NCBI GenBank assembly: GCA_030704615.1
Contig: CM060733.1
Location: 46,252,001-46,316,000 of the forward strand
Reading direction: 5' to 3'
DNA length: 64,000 nt
DNA from: Takakia lepidozioides
Lineage: Eukaryota > Plantae > Bryophyta
The notes below the pieces were generated by a model. The model worked only from the letters and a program-made list of their open reading frames with translations, searched no databases and was not told the origin of the DNA. Shown here piece after piece: positions 22,371-34,600 of the stretch (positions within the stretch are counted from its first letter, which is position 1; each line of letters opens with the position of its first letter). Position numbers and translations under genes: made by a program.

Positions 22371-25300
22371 AAGAAGGTTAGTTCCTTGAAATAGGCTTTG
22401 CGCTTTGGCAGGATTTAGCATGCATGTTGAGTAGTGAAGTCTCCCAGTTGTGCACTTTAGTGTAAAAGCTAGGAGCATTGCTCACCGGGCTCAGTTCCCT
22501 TCTGGTTGCACTTTTTTGTATGTGGCAGCCTATTTGCATTCAGTTGGGTAACACTCAGTTGGCTGTAAATCTGTAGAGGAGTGAGACCTTTTGGTGTCTT
22601 ACTATTGGTGGCAGGCTTTGATGGCAATGGTCCTTAGCTGTACCAGATGGCTTCCTCAAACTCATCTTCATGAGGGGCACATTAGATGACAGACGTCTTG
22701 TGTTTATGGCTTTATTTTTGCTCATTGTGGGCGGGTTGTCTCTGGAGGAGGAGATCTTTATCGTGGCATCTGATTCCAACATCAATTTCATGGTTATTGT
22801 TATAAAACCATTGTTATTGAAGTAATATAAGTTGTAGTGGCGGACAAGCTTGGATGAGATGCTTTGTTTGTTGTGGGGGTATGCTCTAAGGCAGCAGACT
22901 CCTCTGACTGAATGCTAAAGAGTGTGACACTCTGTAAGAGGAAACCCTCATCCATCAGATGAGAGTGTCTTGGTGAGTTACATATATCTGAGATGGCATG
23001 ACAAATAACAAAGAAAGATGAGTCTAATTTTTTGTGAATGAAAACCTCCAGTTTGTTGCATCTGTAAATAGAATGTTCTTTTCTGGTTTGAAAGCATACA
23101 TGTTGAAGGGATTTCCCCGAGTGTCTACTGAGGCTGGGTGTACAAGTGGACCCTTCAGGCTCTTACTTTTAAGTGATTTTCATTCCATGGTAAAATAAAA
23201 TAAATAAAACTTATCAACTTTAATTGCACTACTTGCAGCCATTAGCAAAATAACATTTTACTTCTATGCACTAAGGGTTACAATTACCCGTTTAGCCGCC
23301 AATTTCCTCAATTGCATCTAGCCCCACTTTTTAGGTGTGAATACAGAGCTAGTTTGTTAAGTCATGTGCGAACCTAGCTTAGTAATGTCTGTAGAAACAT
23401 ATTCTCCATTTTTCTGTGTAACCAGAAACACAGACCATTCTAATTATTATCATTTGCAAGGGAAACACCCCAAAGTAACTTGGCCACCATAAGGCACCAA
23501 GAATAAGCTCAGAGTAGGGTACACACAATTAGGTAGCATGCCTTGCAACATTAAACACCAGCCTGGATACCTTTGCTACCTTATTTCCCAGCGACCTGAG
23601 GAACAATGACAAGTGTGGCTACCAATCGCTCAAGAGCCATGACCTCTTAACATTTCTAAATCCAACAAGGAGCCATGTGAACCGTGATGTCTACGGCATG
23701 AGGAACTTCAATATATTGAAGCATAAGGTAGCACAAATATAGAACTTAGGAATTAAAGAGCACCACATTATTAGTGTTGAGGAAATGTCAAAGGAAAGTC
23801 ATCATGTTTCAACTTGCTTCAGATGACCTTCAAAGTTTAAACTTTATACCTCAAAACGGTGTTGTTAGGAAAATAGATAAAGATAACAATTAGCCCCCTT
23901 ATATGGAACATTAAGAGGCCACATTTAGTGAGGGTCGACTGTAAATACCGATATAACAATAACTAACGAGTGTAAACAGACAAAGTTCTTAGCCGAGTTT
24001 TTTCACGAGGGTGTTTTGGTTGGTACCCAATGTTGTATCATTGCAACTGATAATTGAAATCCAGCAGAGGAGAGTTGAATAATACAACAGCAACTGGGCA
24101 GCAACATTCCTTCAAAGGGACATATTGCACACAATTGTTGCTCATTATATACAAGATCTACCATTCCACTTTGTAGATTACATACATGATGGAGGAATAG
24201 GTAAAACTTATAAAATTGCGTATGAAAAAAACGGAAAGCAACAATAATTTGCAGATACAATATTCGCTCAAAGGACCATTGATGTTGTGGAGTGCAATAT
24301 CTACTAGGGTCCCACTATTGAGTTTCACGACATAATAATCTCATTCTAGTCTACATGTCTAAACTCTATCTAAACTAACAAGGCGACTTATAGCTACCAA
24401 TGCTAAAATGCTGCCAAATTACTACCAATATATATAACATTTCGGTTCCCATGATTTGGAACACCCCATTGGGAAACATGTTGAAAACTTTCCTCGTATA
24501 TAGAGGTAGCTTATGAGGGCAATGTTGAAATCCATTATTTTATACTAGGGAAAGGAAAAACGTATAAGAAAACTAGTATACTAGTAGTCTCTCCCGCAAA
24601 AGAGTAGAGTCCATAGAACCCGGATTCTAAGAAGGAATGGGGGAATCTACATCTTGTAGGAAAAATTTGAGAAAACGATATAAATGTATAATCTTGCAAG
24701 GGACTAAAGAGAGGACAACAATGGGATTTTCCAATTCCCCAGGCAAACAAGGAAGAGGCATACAGATATCACAACGCAGTAAACAATTGTTCCCATATTG
24801 CATGGTTATATCAACCACCACTTTAGGAACATTCCAAAACAGATCTAGATATGTTGCACCAATTTTCTAGATCGGAATGTCAAATTTTTTGTGGATTTTT
24901 TTGGAGCTGAGCTGATTGTTGCATGTGCCAATAGAAAGTTGCCACAGCGGTGGTTAACCTTGCATGGCCCCTCTCCTTACATAACCCAAGCGTTTTTGTC
25001 AAATTCTACATTACATCAGGGTTTTACTCCAAATTCTTTCAATTCAAGTTGTGGCTTGGGACCATGTTGCCAGCAAATTTATGGCTTCAGCAATCATTTA
25101 ATTTCAAGAAAATCTCAGCAAGATATCCCCATTTTTCTTAGTGGTCGCAATCCAAATCAGGTTGCGTAGGAAGTTAAGGGCTAATATATTTCCAGGGCCA
25201 AAAAAGAAAAAAAAAAGAAACAACTCCGTATAGAAAATAACCCCAACAAAATTTGGGACCCTTATTCTATTTGGGACCGTGGGTTTTTCCAGGAGTCAAC

Positions 25301-25644
25301 TACGAAGGGAAGAATTTTGTGACCTTTATTTCATTCCATGCTAATCTGGGCTTTTTCAAGTCTAATGCAAAGGGTATTCTCCGGACCTATTGTTCAATGT
25401 CAGAAGCTGATGTTCTTCCATGGAATTCATCATCGGTACACAAGCCAATGACATCATCCTTGTTGTAGACCCTGGATAGACTGTACTGATCATAAAACGG
25501 TGTTTGCTAGAAACCACAAGAAAATCCAAAGTGAAGAACGTTTTGTTTTTCACTGCTCTTTCAAAAAGAGATGCCATAGCTAGATATTGACTCTCTACTT
25601 TGCGTGGAGCTGAAGACAATTTTAGAGAGGAGCTCAAGCTCATG

Positions 25645-26310
25645 AAAGAAAAAGCGAAGGGGCTACCATTAGCATTGTCCAAGCTGAAAAAAAATAAGAA
25701 AGGAAAGCATGGAGACTTGGTGATGAAGATGCATGCTGACAGAGATCTGGCTGTAGTGATATGATTTGACAAAAAAACTGTATATTTGTTGTCAAGTATT
25801 GCAAGGCCTCTTGCTGGACCCAACTCATAGTGACATTGAGGAGGTTTTGTGGGAAATTGTCTATGTTCAGATTCCTTCCTCTTCCATGTACTTATAGTAC
25901 CAATGTTTTATGCGAGGTGTAGATGTGTAAGATCAATTGAGAGGTGCTTATAGCGTGCAGACGAAGACACACAAGGGGCGGCACCGTGTGTACTTCTTCT
26001 TGCTTTATACATATATGGTGGATGCTTGGATTCATTATTCATCTCATATGAGGCAGGTGGGGAAGGAACCCATGAGCCACTTTGAACTGAATTTGGCCAT
26101 GGCCAACCAACTGACATAAGGATGTTGGACCACCTTGGAAATAAAGTCCATTTATACACCCAACCATTGGGTGGTGCATCAGATCTTGCACTCAACAAGG
26201 AGGCGCATGTGTGTGGTCTGTAGGGTGCGCACCTATTTTTATTGTATCCAATGTCAAGAGGCAACTATGTATTTGGGGTTATGCTGGCAGAAGTTGCATC
26301 GCATTTGCAA
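25645..26310 (+). mobile_element. piggyBac transposase C-terminal relic (pseudogene)
   Basis: Reads KGLPLALSKL...MHADRDLAVVI*FDKKTVYLLSS, YQCFMRGVDV*DQLRGAYSVQTKTHKGRHRVYFFLL...DAWIHY (the YN..MGGVD..DQ motif carrying the third catalytic Asp) and RRMCVVCRVRTYFYCIQCQEATMYLGLCWQKLH (Cys-rich terminal domain). Stops and frameshifts are present. TTAA/TIR ends were not found. Confidence 0.85.
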
Positions 26311-27658
26311 AAGGTGGATGTGGACACGTCTAATGTTCTTTTCTTTATGTGCTAGTGAAGTTGGCAAGAAATGGTCGTGCTCATTGGGATGCTTGATCAC
26401 TGGGATGGTTGATGTGCAGGGGTTTGGTTTGCGTTCATTTTGTGCGGTAGGTTGCACCATACATGGGCTGTGGACTCTTGTCATCAAGTGTAATGGGGAA
26501 CTGTTCACTACAAGGAGGTTCTTGTTGTTGGGGTGATCTGAACTGGACATGGTGCTGGGAATTGCCAATTGATGCAGCTTGTGGAGTGGAGACAGAGGCT
26601 CTTCCTTTGTACATGTCTGGAGAGAGTACCATCGATGGATTGCTTCTGCAGGAGCAAGCACAACCTGTACTCCCAAATATCTTTCCTATTTACAGTAAAA
26701 AACGATTAAGTTGATCATTTAAGAGGGATGAAATGTAAAGCTTCATTTATGCATCTTTACTGTGTAACAGCTTATTATGACTGGAAATGGAACAAGACAG
26801 AGTTGGACTGGGCGTATTCAATTAGTAATGAGAGGCACTCTCTGCTTTCACAGGCTCATCATCTTCCTGTAGACTTTTACATGGCGTCCATGAAATAAAT
26901 AGCGAGTGGGGCCCATGATCAATGCATGGTCTTGGACAATGGATGTGTGAGATTTAAGGCATCATCTGACCCCAACTCAAAACTTACACGACTCTTCACG
27001 TTTTAGACAATACCCTTGTTAGTCTTACTCTAAATGCTTACAAACTGGAACATCCATCTTCATCCAGCATGCCATGGTTAACTGATTGTAAGAAAACGAT
27101 GAACTAAACTTAACTCCCAGTCACCAGATGCGAGAGACATTACAGTAAGGTTGGAAAGACAAATCAACACTATATTTCAAATTGGGGGTAAAATTGATTC
27201 CAACAGGAAACTGAAGTGGTCCATTATTAATCCATCCCACCTAACTGCCTCCAGAATGTCGAACTGTAAAAAGCTAAAACCAGGAACTGTGACACACCTT
27301 TGAGCCACAGACGAGTAGAAGCAGAGCTAGAAGAAATCCCTTCTCACAATCACAAGGATGCGCACTACAGAGTGAACATCCCTTACAAAATAGAAACACG
27401 AGTTATGGTGTAAAAACATCCTGCAGTAAATCAAGTACTAGCAGGTAGCTATGCAACGGAACGTATCATGTGATGAAGGGATCGATGTTTCACCCCTCCT
27501 GCATGTTCTTCTCTCATTTCTACATTATAACGTTTTGATGACAAACCATGCCATAACCTTGACACGAAGATCCAATGAGATTCAATTTCAAAAATTCAAC
27601 TAACGCCTGCAGATTCTCTAGGAATTTTTTCACAATTCCCGCTTGATCTAACTGAAAT

Positions 27659-28798
27659 CTACAGAAGACGGGAAATAGCTTTCAGCCCTACAAAAGCTCC
27701 AGCACCCAACAGAACCAAACGGTTTGGGAAGAAGGTTGAAGCATCACTGCTTGGAGGTCCACTAGCTATTGTTGAGCTTGGACCAGACGCTGTAGTTGAA
27801 GAGCTTGGACCACTGGCGACCGTCGGAGCTGCAAAGCACGAATGTTTATGTTAGATTGACAATGGGGGGCGGCTATAGCTTATGAAAAGGGACCTCTAGA
27901 AAATTCCTCTGCACTTCCATGGTAGACTTCTCAATGGTTCTGGTGCCACTACAACAGTAGTTTGCAGACATCCGTCGACGGATGCCGGAACGAGCAGGTG
28001 TCAATGCTACGAATATAACAACACATCATATATCAAAGACAGAGCTACAAGACAACGTGGTTACGATTGTATCACGATGTTTGTACAGGATTAGAAACCC
28101 AGAACCAGGGGTTACAGCTTGAAGGGCTTACATGCGGTAGCGGGAGTAGGAGTTGCAGGGGCCGCTGTTGGTACTCCAAGGAGACCTGCATTCACCATCA
28201 CCGCTTGCAATGTTAGGAATTCATTAGATCCGATCACACTGCTCCGCGTTACAACCTCAAACACCCACCCACCCACCATCCACTACACTGCTTAGCCACC
28301 CTGTATGAATGCGTCTGGGCTTATCGATGAAGCGATCTACTGTGCGTGGTGAAGCACAAGCTGCGAACATTGCACATTCTCCCTAAATGAATGCAGAACG
28401 GTCATACACTGAACTTCAAGCCTTGCCGCCGGCAAGCGACGCTTACGCAAGGTTATACATTGAGTCTTCTTACCTGGGCACTTGGTCGTGTCGGCGGCCA
28501 CGCCACACTTCGACGGGAGCTCCAAAGCGAGCGTGGTGTTGATGCCTTGGACAGCGGAGCCATTGAACTGAGATAGAAGCTCACACAGACACACAGGCTG
28601 ATCTTTCTGCACAGTCCCTAGTGGTTTGCAGCAGTCCCCTGGAGGACTCGCACCACTCGGAGCCGTAAGCCATGTGTAACACGTAGTCAATGTATTGTAA
28701 GTGTTAGTGCAGTCTGGTAATGCTGCTGCTGCCATGCCCACACTAAGCAAAACCGCCAACACAACAACCATGGATCGCGACAATGCCCTGGAACCCAT
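27659..28798 (-). CDS. LTPG: GPI-anchored non-specific lipid transfer protein (type G; exons 28798-28474, 28185-28132, 27828-27659)
   Basis: Signal peptide, 8-Cys motif C..C..CC..CLC..C..C, Ser/Thr/Pro/Ala-rich linker, SSDA omega-site-like segment and hydrophobic tail LVLLGAGAFVGL. Both phase-1 GT-AG introns are consistent. Confidence 0.92.
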
Positions 28799-31642
28799 TT
28801 CCAATGCCTCACTTCACTAAACACCAAACCTGCGCCTTGACAATGTGTCGCTGCCTTGAGAAGGAAGCGAACAACTCTCGAATATGAACAGCTACGGTTA
28901 TGAGCTTCTTCAGTCGTGGGAGTTCAGAGAAATATGAACGAAGATAGCCCCGGCTGCGTAGATCCTCGGTGGTCTGGAGCAAAAAGAGAGAAGTAGGAGG
29001 AAGACCGTCACAACTAAAGAAGCGTACAGCTTTCAAACTTCTGAGAGGTAAGGGGAGATGGAGAGTAGGTAAGACTCCTTGATTACTGCTCTGCTCAGGT
29101 AAAACCCACAGACTTGAGTTAGAGACCACAGCGAGCAAGCGTGATGGCGGTGGGCGTGAACTACCGTACAGTGCAAGTTCGACGAAGCAGAGAGAGAAAC
29201 GAGAGCGGCCAGCGCAGCTTAGGTGGGTCGTAATGACCTGCTGCTTGTTGAGACAGGCTGCCTCCAGCATTTAATAAGCATGATGCACCACCCAGGGTAT
29301 TACCTATCCCATCTCTCCTGTTTCCACCCCACAAACACGTTTACCTCATACAACTACCCATTGGACCTGCCTCTCATAAACCAGTTCAAACCGAGCAATT
29401 CCTGCAAAAACTTTCCTTGCATGTAGGACGAAATTTGTGGTAGGTGTAGACATCACGTCATCATACCTCTTCTCACAGTAGAACTGTTCGATATCATGAA
29501 TGGTACAGTCTCTCTTTTGTAGCTCTTTTTAACTTAGCCTTTCTCCATGGTTTCAGAGACAAGTTCACAATTTTAGATGTTACCCTCACTTGGGTTACAG
29601 CACTAGTTACTACATAATGTTGAGCCATTAAAGTAGGGGGGGGAGTAAATGCGAGGCTGACGGTCAATTACCTCTTGTGATGTGTCACCCTGGACTTTGT
29701 ACAGCGCCAACATGTGCAGAGCCACCCTGTGTGGCAGCTTTGAATGTGATATATCCGTGTAGTCCACACTTGGGTTCGATGCTAATCCATGGATCTATGC
29801 TATGCGTAGGCCATCTCTTTTCCAGAAATCTCGCTCCTTTTCTCACCTTTTTAGAAGGGGCGTCCACTCTTTTCTTGTTACGGAGGATTTAGTGCTCTTC
29901 TTGAAGAGATATTTTTGGCTTATCATGAGCGTCTGACTGTGATGACATAAGTATTTTCCTCGCAATTCGGGAACCAGAAACATTCGGAATCTCACCGTAA
30001 GTAAGTAGGTACACGGTCCGAAACAGAAGGGCACTTTAGAAACAAATGCAGATTTCAAGGGTGGAGGAGGAGACCCCCCTCCGTACTCCTGTCTCCAAAC
30101 CGACTTTTGAATTTGAATCCCCACGAAAGTCTGCAATGGAGTTTAGGGTCCAACGATTATATTGAGCAGCGTTGCAGCACATGGCAGCTGGGCATTGGGA
30201 TTGTCATCTTGCAGGGACCGTTGTACAGCGGAACAGGTGATTTGCCACTGCGCCATTGGCCCCACACTATGAGACTCATCCCATCAGACTCCAGAGGGAG
30301 GGAGGGAGGGATATTTTGAACCGATTTTGAATGTCCAGGGCATGTGGCGCATGCAAAATAGCAAGTCGGCGCTGTGTCAAGCACAGTCATAATTGCACAA
30401 CGGTCGCCAGCGCTGATCGTGCAGCGAGACTCTCTGATAGATCGCCTGCTTGTCTCGACTCTCCGTCCGTGTTGAAAACCTTCACCGCCTTCACCACCGA
30501 CGAAGAACCTCACAGTAATGGGAATGCACCAGTAGGGTTGGCTTGTAAGTCATAATGGATTACTAAAACTGTCCCAAGACTCACATGTGTTACATTACAT
30601 GCAAAGGCTCCACTAAATTTCACAGAGATGAATACTTACTTGTGGGGCTAGTAGAGCTTTGAAGGCTCCCCATCTTGTTGCTTCACCACACTCGCTAGTG
30701 TAACATGACTCATTAACCCAAGTTGCTTTCACTGTCGCATGATCAGGAGGACCCAAAATTGTACACCCAACTAATTTTGACCTTAACAGCTGGTGGGCTT
30801 CTGCCTGCTGTGAATGAGCCAATGACTGCATGTCTGCAGAACACCCCAGTTTCTCTTGGGTGGGTGGGTGCCATTAATGAGAGAGCAATCACCGATTCTT
30901 CGGTGCCTGGACGGTGGACAGTGCACATTTGTCTCTGCGTTACATTTACAACACTTCTCTGTTCCTCGCACCACCCATCCATTCAGATCTCTCTAAGAGC
31001 TTTAGTAAACGGATGAGCTGAACAGTCATAAAAAAAATTGCAAAACTTGTCAGACTAAGTACTTGAAAATAATGTTCTAACTAGTTTCATCTTTGATCAT
31101 CTTTACAGTCCAACAGTACACCCTACATTGCAAACCTGTCAATACATGTCCTTTTTCGGTAGGATATCCAAGTTCAGGTACAACAGTTTCAAGCACACCT
31201 AAACAACTGTACTTTGACCCGGCCAACCAGAACTGGTGATAGTGCAAACCAGACAAATAGATTGGAAAGTTACACAAACTACTTGACATGTGAAAGCCAG
31301 AGCCAGAACAATGTATGTCGCAAATCTCATATCCAACTATGTGTTTGAGTTATGTACATTTGAGGGGTCCAGATTGTCGGATCACCACCTTTTCTTTTTT
31401 ACAGATTGACAGCTTACTTGTCTACCTAATGCCTTTTTCTCCTTTCTCCTTCTCCCTCCTCTCTCCATCTCTTATTCAAAATGGTAACCCCAAACAGTAG
31501 TAGGTCATGACAATTGCCCAGAGCAACGCAAGGCAGCTCATGCTCTCAAATTACACAACTGGCAGAATTTCTAACTCCTTGGGTCAAATTACACTCGGAA
31601 GCTTTTGGCCTCACCTTCGCGGCCTCTCTGGACCTTCCGGAC

Positions 31643-34600
31643 CTAGACTAAGGTCCATTCTCCAGAGACTGTTGGTGATGGCCGTCTCTCCATGTCAGCT
31701 GCAAGATGTCTTAACTGCCTCTTCTCAAACAAGGAGGTTTTCACTTCAAATATTCGGGAGATCAGGTTCCCTATATTCTCCCCCTTAATGAACTGATGAC
31801 CTTGCATGTCCGATGCCCCCTTCTTTGGTGCTTGCTTTTCAACCTCTGCTGAGAGGATGGGCTCAGGGGGGGATGCATCAACGCTCACCACGCCACCAGC
31901 CTCTGTTGTGCCGTCAACTCCAATAAATGATGCCTCGGTCTCTGCAACCTCACAAGGGGGTGCATTCACGGCTGTTTCCATCACCTCATAGACCTGCACA
32001 GTTGGACATCAGGATTGACATCACACCAATGGACTCAAAAGTGGCACACAATTGTCGTCCAAATAATATAGCATGCCACATGATTGTAGTGCTGATCACA
32101 GAAATGAACTTGTCTTTACCTCACACAGGTGCTCAAGCTTAGCGGCACTCATCCCCCGACCACAGGTAGACACAATGTAATTAGTGCACTCTCTCAAGCA
32201 TTTTGCAAGGGGCTCCCTCTTTGCTGCTGGCGCAGCCTCTGCAATTGCAAAGCCTGCACTAAGCTGCCACACATGCCACACCACTCCAGCATTACATCTC
32301 TGGTTTTTCTTGTCGTCATTCACATCGACTCGAATCTCTTTACAAGTATGTAGGCTTTTAGGTCTCAGCTTTGAAATTCCAGTGGCCAAAAATTTTAAGC
32401 TGACAGCCATTTGCAACAGAAATGGTAGAAAACAACCACATGATCTTAATGTAGATAATAGACCCTGCAAAATCTGTTGCCAACAGCCATTTCTGCAATC
32501 TCATTGGAAAGACGATATAAAGCTCCTTTCTCTCTTTGGGAGCCCCGTGGATTCTGTAAAGTGGGGCTCCCTCTCCATGCAATGCTCAAGCTTTGAGTTG
32601 TGCTGTGTCTATGGCTCTACTGTACAGTTCTACTTTTATCCCTTAGGCCCTTTTGAGCCGCTGCAGAGGCATTGAATTTCTTTCTTGCTCTCTGTCTCTG
32701 TCTCTCTGCTCTCTCTTTGTAAGGGAAGGTTTTTGGTCCCGCAGTCCCAACTGCTAGTGCAATCAAAGCCACATATCACTTGTGTTGGTGTAAGATTACA
32801 GTTGCAGCCATGGTGCCAGTGTGTCATACTTTCAAGTCAGACGTACTAGACATCAAGTGACCAAAGAATCAATCCTTGAGCAAGATGCCCTTGCTTGGAT
32901 TATCCACTCGAGTCACAAAGAAGTAAATGTACCTCACTCTCTATCCCTCCTTCAAGAACTTAAGACCCTAAAACACGGTGGGTACTGCTACCCTTCTGGA
33001 ATTTACTAAAAATGAATGACAAGTTGATTGACAACAGTACTCTGGACAAGACCATGCAAGGAGTGTATAGAAAACACACCGCAGCAATGAAGAGTTGCTC
33101 AAACAGATCTGAAGGAGCGACATTTTCCAAAGCATCAAGTGTGCTCTCCCTGGAGAATGACAAATCCCAAACTTCAACCCCCAACTTGGTTCTCTGTGTA
33201 CTACCTACAAGGCACCACTTCAACTGATTTGAAAAATTCTGACAGAAAATTAACATCAAGATGGTGCAATGACACATTCACAGCTCATCCCACAACCATT
33301 CAACTTTTGGATCCTCTGGCTGAAATGTGGGTGAGACCACTCACCCAGAGTCAGGTCTACCAGTGCATTCTATTTATTGGCTGGAAGCCTTACCCTCGTG
33401 GTGGCAGTTCAATTCTTAGCAGAGACTGGCAAATAAATTAAAATTGTTGCATCTCTGTAGTGTACGTGCCTCTCAGCCATATTGTATGGGGATAAAGACG
33501 TAAGAACCATGAACTCTTCACACTTAATTTACACCTGTACAAAAGGCCGAAAGATGTCCGAGGTTTCTTTTTTCCCTTGTGTGATTCATGGCTGCTTTGA
33601 CCAAGAACTTTGAGGATGTACATGACACTCTTGAGGACAAGCTATACACTGCAATGACTGGACAGTATGATGCCCCCTAGCCAAAACTAGGGTGATTCTT
33701 CGAGTACACATTGACTATCCACAGATCCAGATATGAATTAATGCCGGGTTTCATTTGTCACCTTTTAGGATGAGGCGGGAAGCCAAAAGAGATGCAATGA
33801 AAGTGATGTCTGATCCTTCATTGGCATACAACAGCTTACCCAGCAAGCTCTTCATCAAATAGAGGGGCCTGTTTCACTGCAGGCACAGGTCGTGCTGAAG
33901 ACCATAGCTCTTGCCACAAGTTCCCTGTCCACCAATGAACATAGAAGCGGATATTAACTGTGAAGTAATAGTACCGGGAAGATTCCTGGTAGTTGAATAC
34001 TTGTAATTCCTAGTTTTCCTTCTTGAAGCTGACTCCAAAACATTGTCCTCCAAGAAGCACAAGTGATAGTAGCCACCAGAACCTCGAGAACATCTACTTT
34101 CACACAAATTCAGGGAAGGAACTTTTGGATGTACACATGTTACACAAGGATTGCAAACTGCATGAGTATAAGGGTACCTTCGCACTGCATCCGTGCACTG
34201 AGGTAGCCACGTATTGCTGCCTCATTCCCACCACCGTCTTCACTATTCAAATCCGCCAATAGAAGGCCCGAACCAGGTTCCTCCCGCCAGTCCAAGGGCG
34301 AGTACCAGCGCACAAAGTCTTCCAGAATACATCCTGGATTGGCAGCCTGCTTCCAGGATCCATATAAGAATGCTGAACATCAAACAGCACATGGTCTCTC
34401 TAACCAATGGGTTCTCGTATCTTCTATATGAATTTGGCAGAAGATATCAAAATTGTAGTGATTTGCAGACTTACACTAGTGACTTGTCAAGTAGCATCAA
34501 CAAGCACACTACCATGAGATGTAAGGCATGCATAAAAGTTGGCGACCTTAAATGCTTGCATATCTGATAGGAGCTGAGAACAGCCAGCACCCACACTGCA

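Noticed and set aside
29400-31600. Several 60-118 aa ORFs between LTPG and the Rab3GAP-like gene
   Set aside because: No motif or coherent exon chain, and none of the conserved miRNA sequences I checked by eye.
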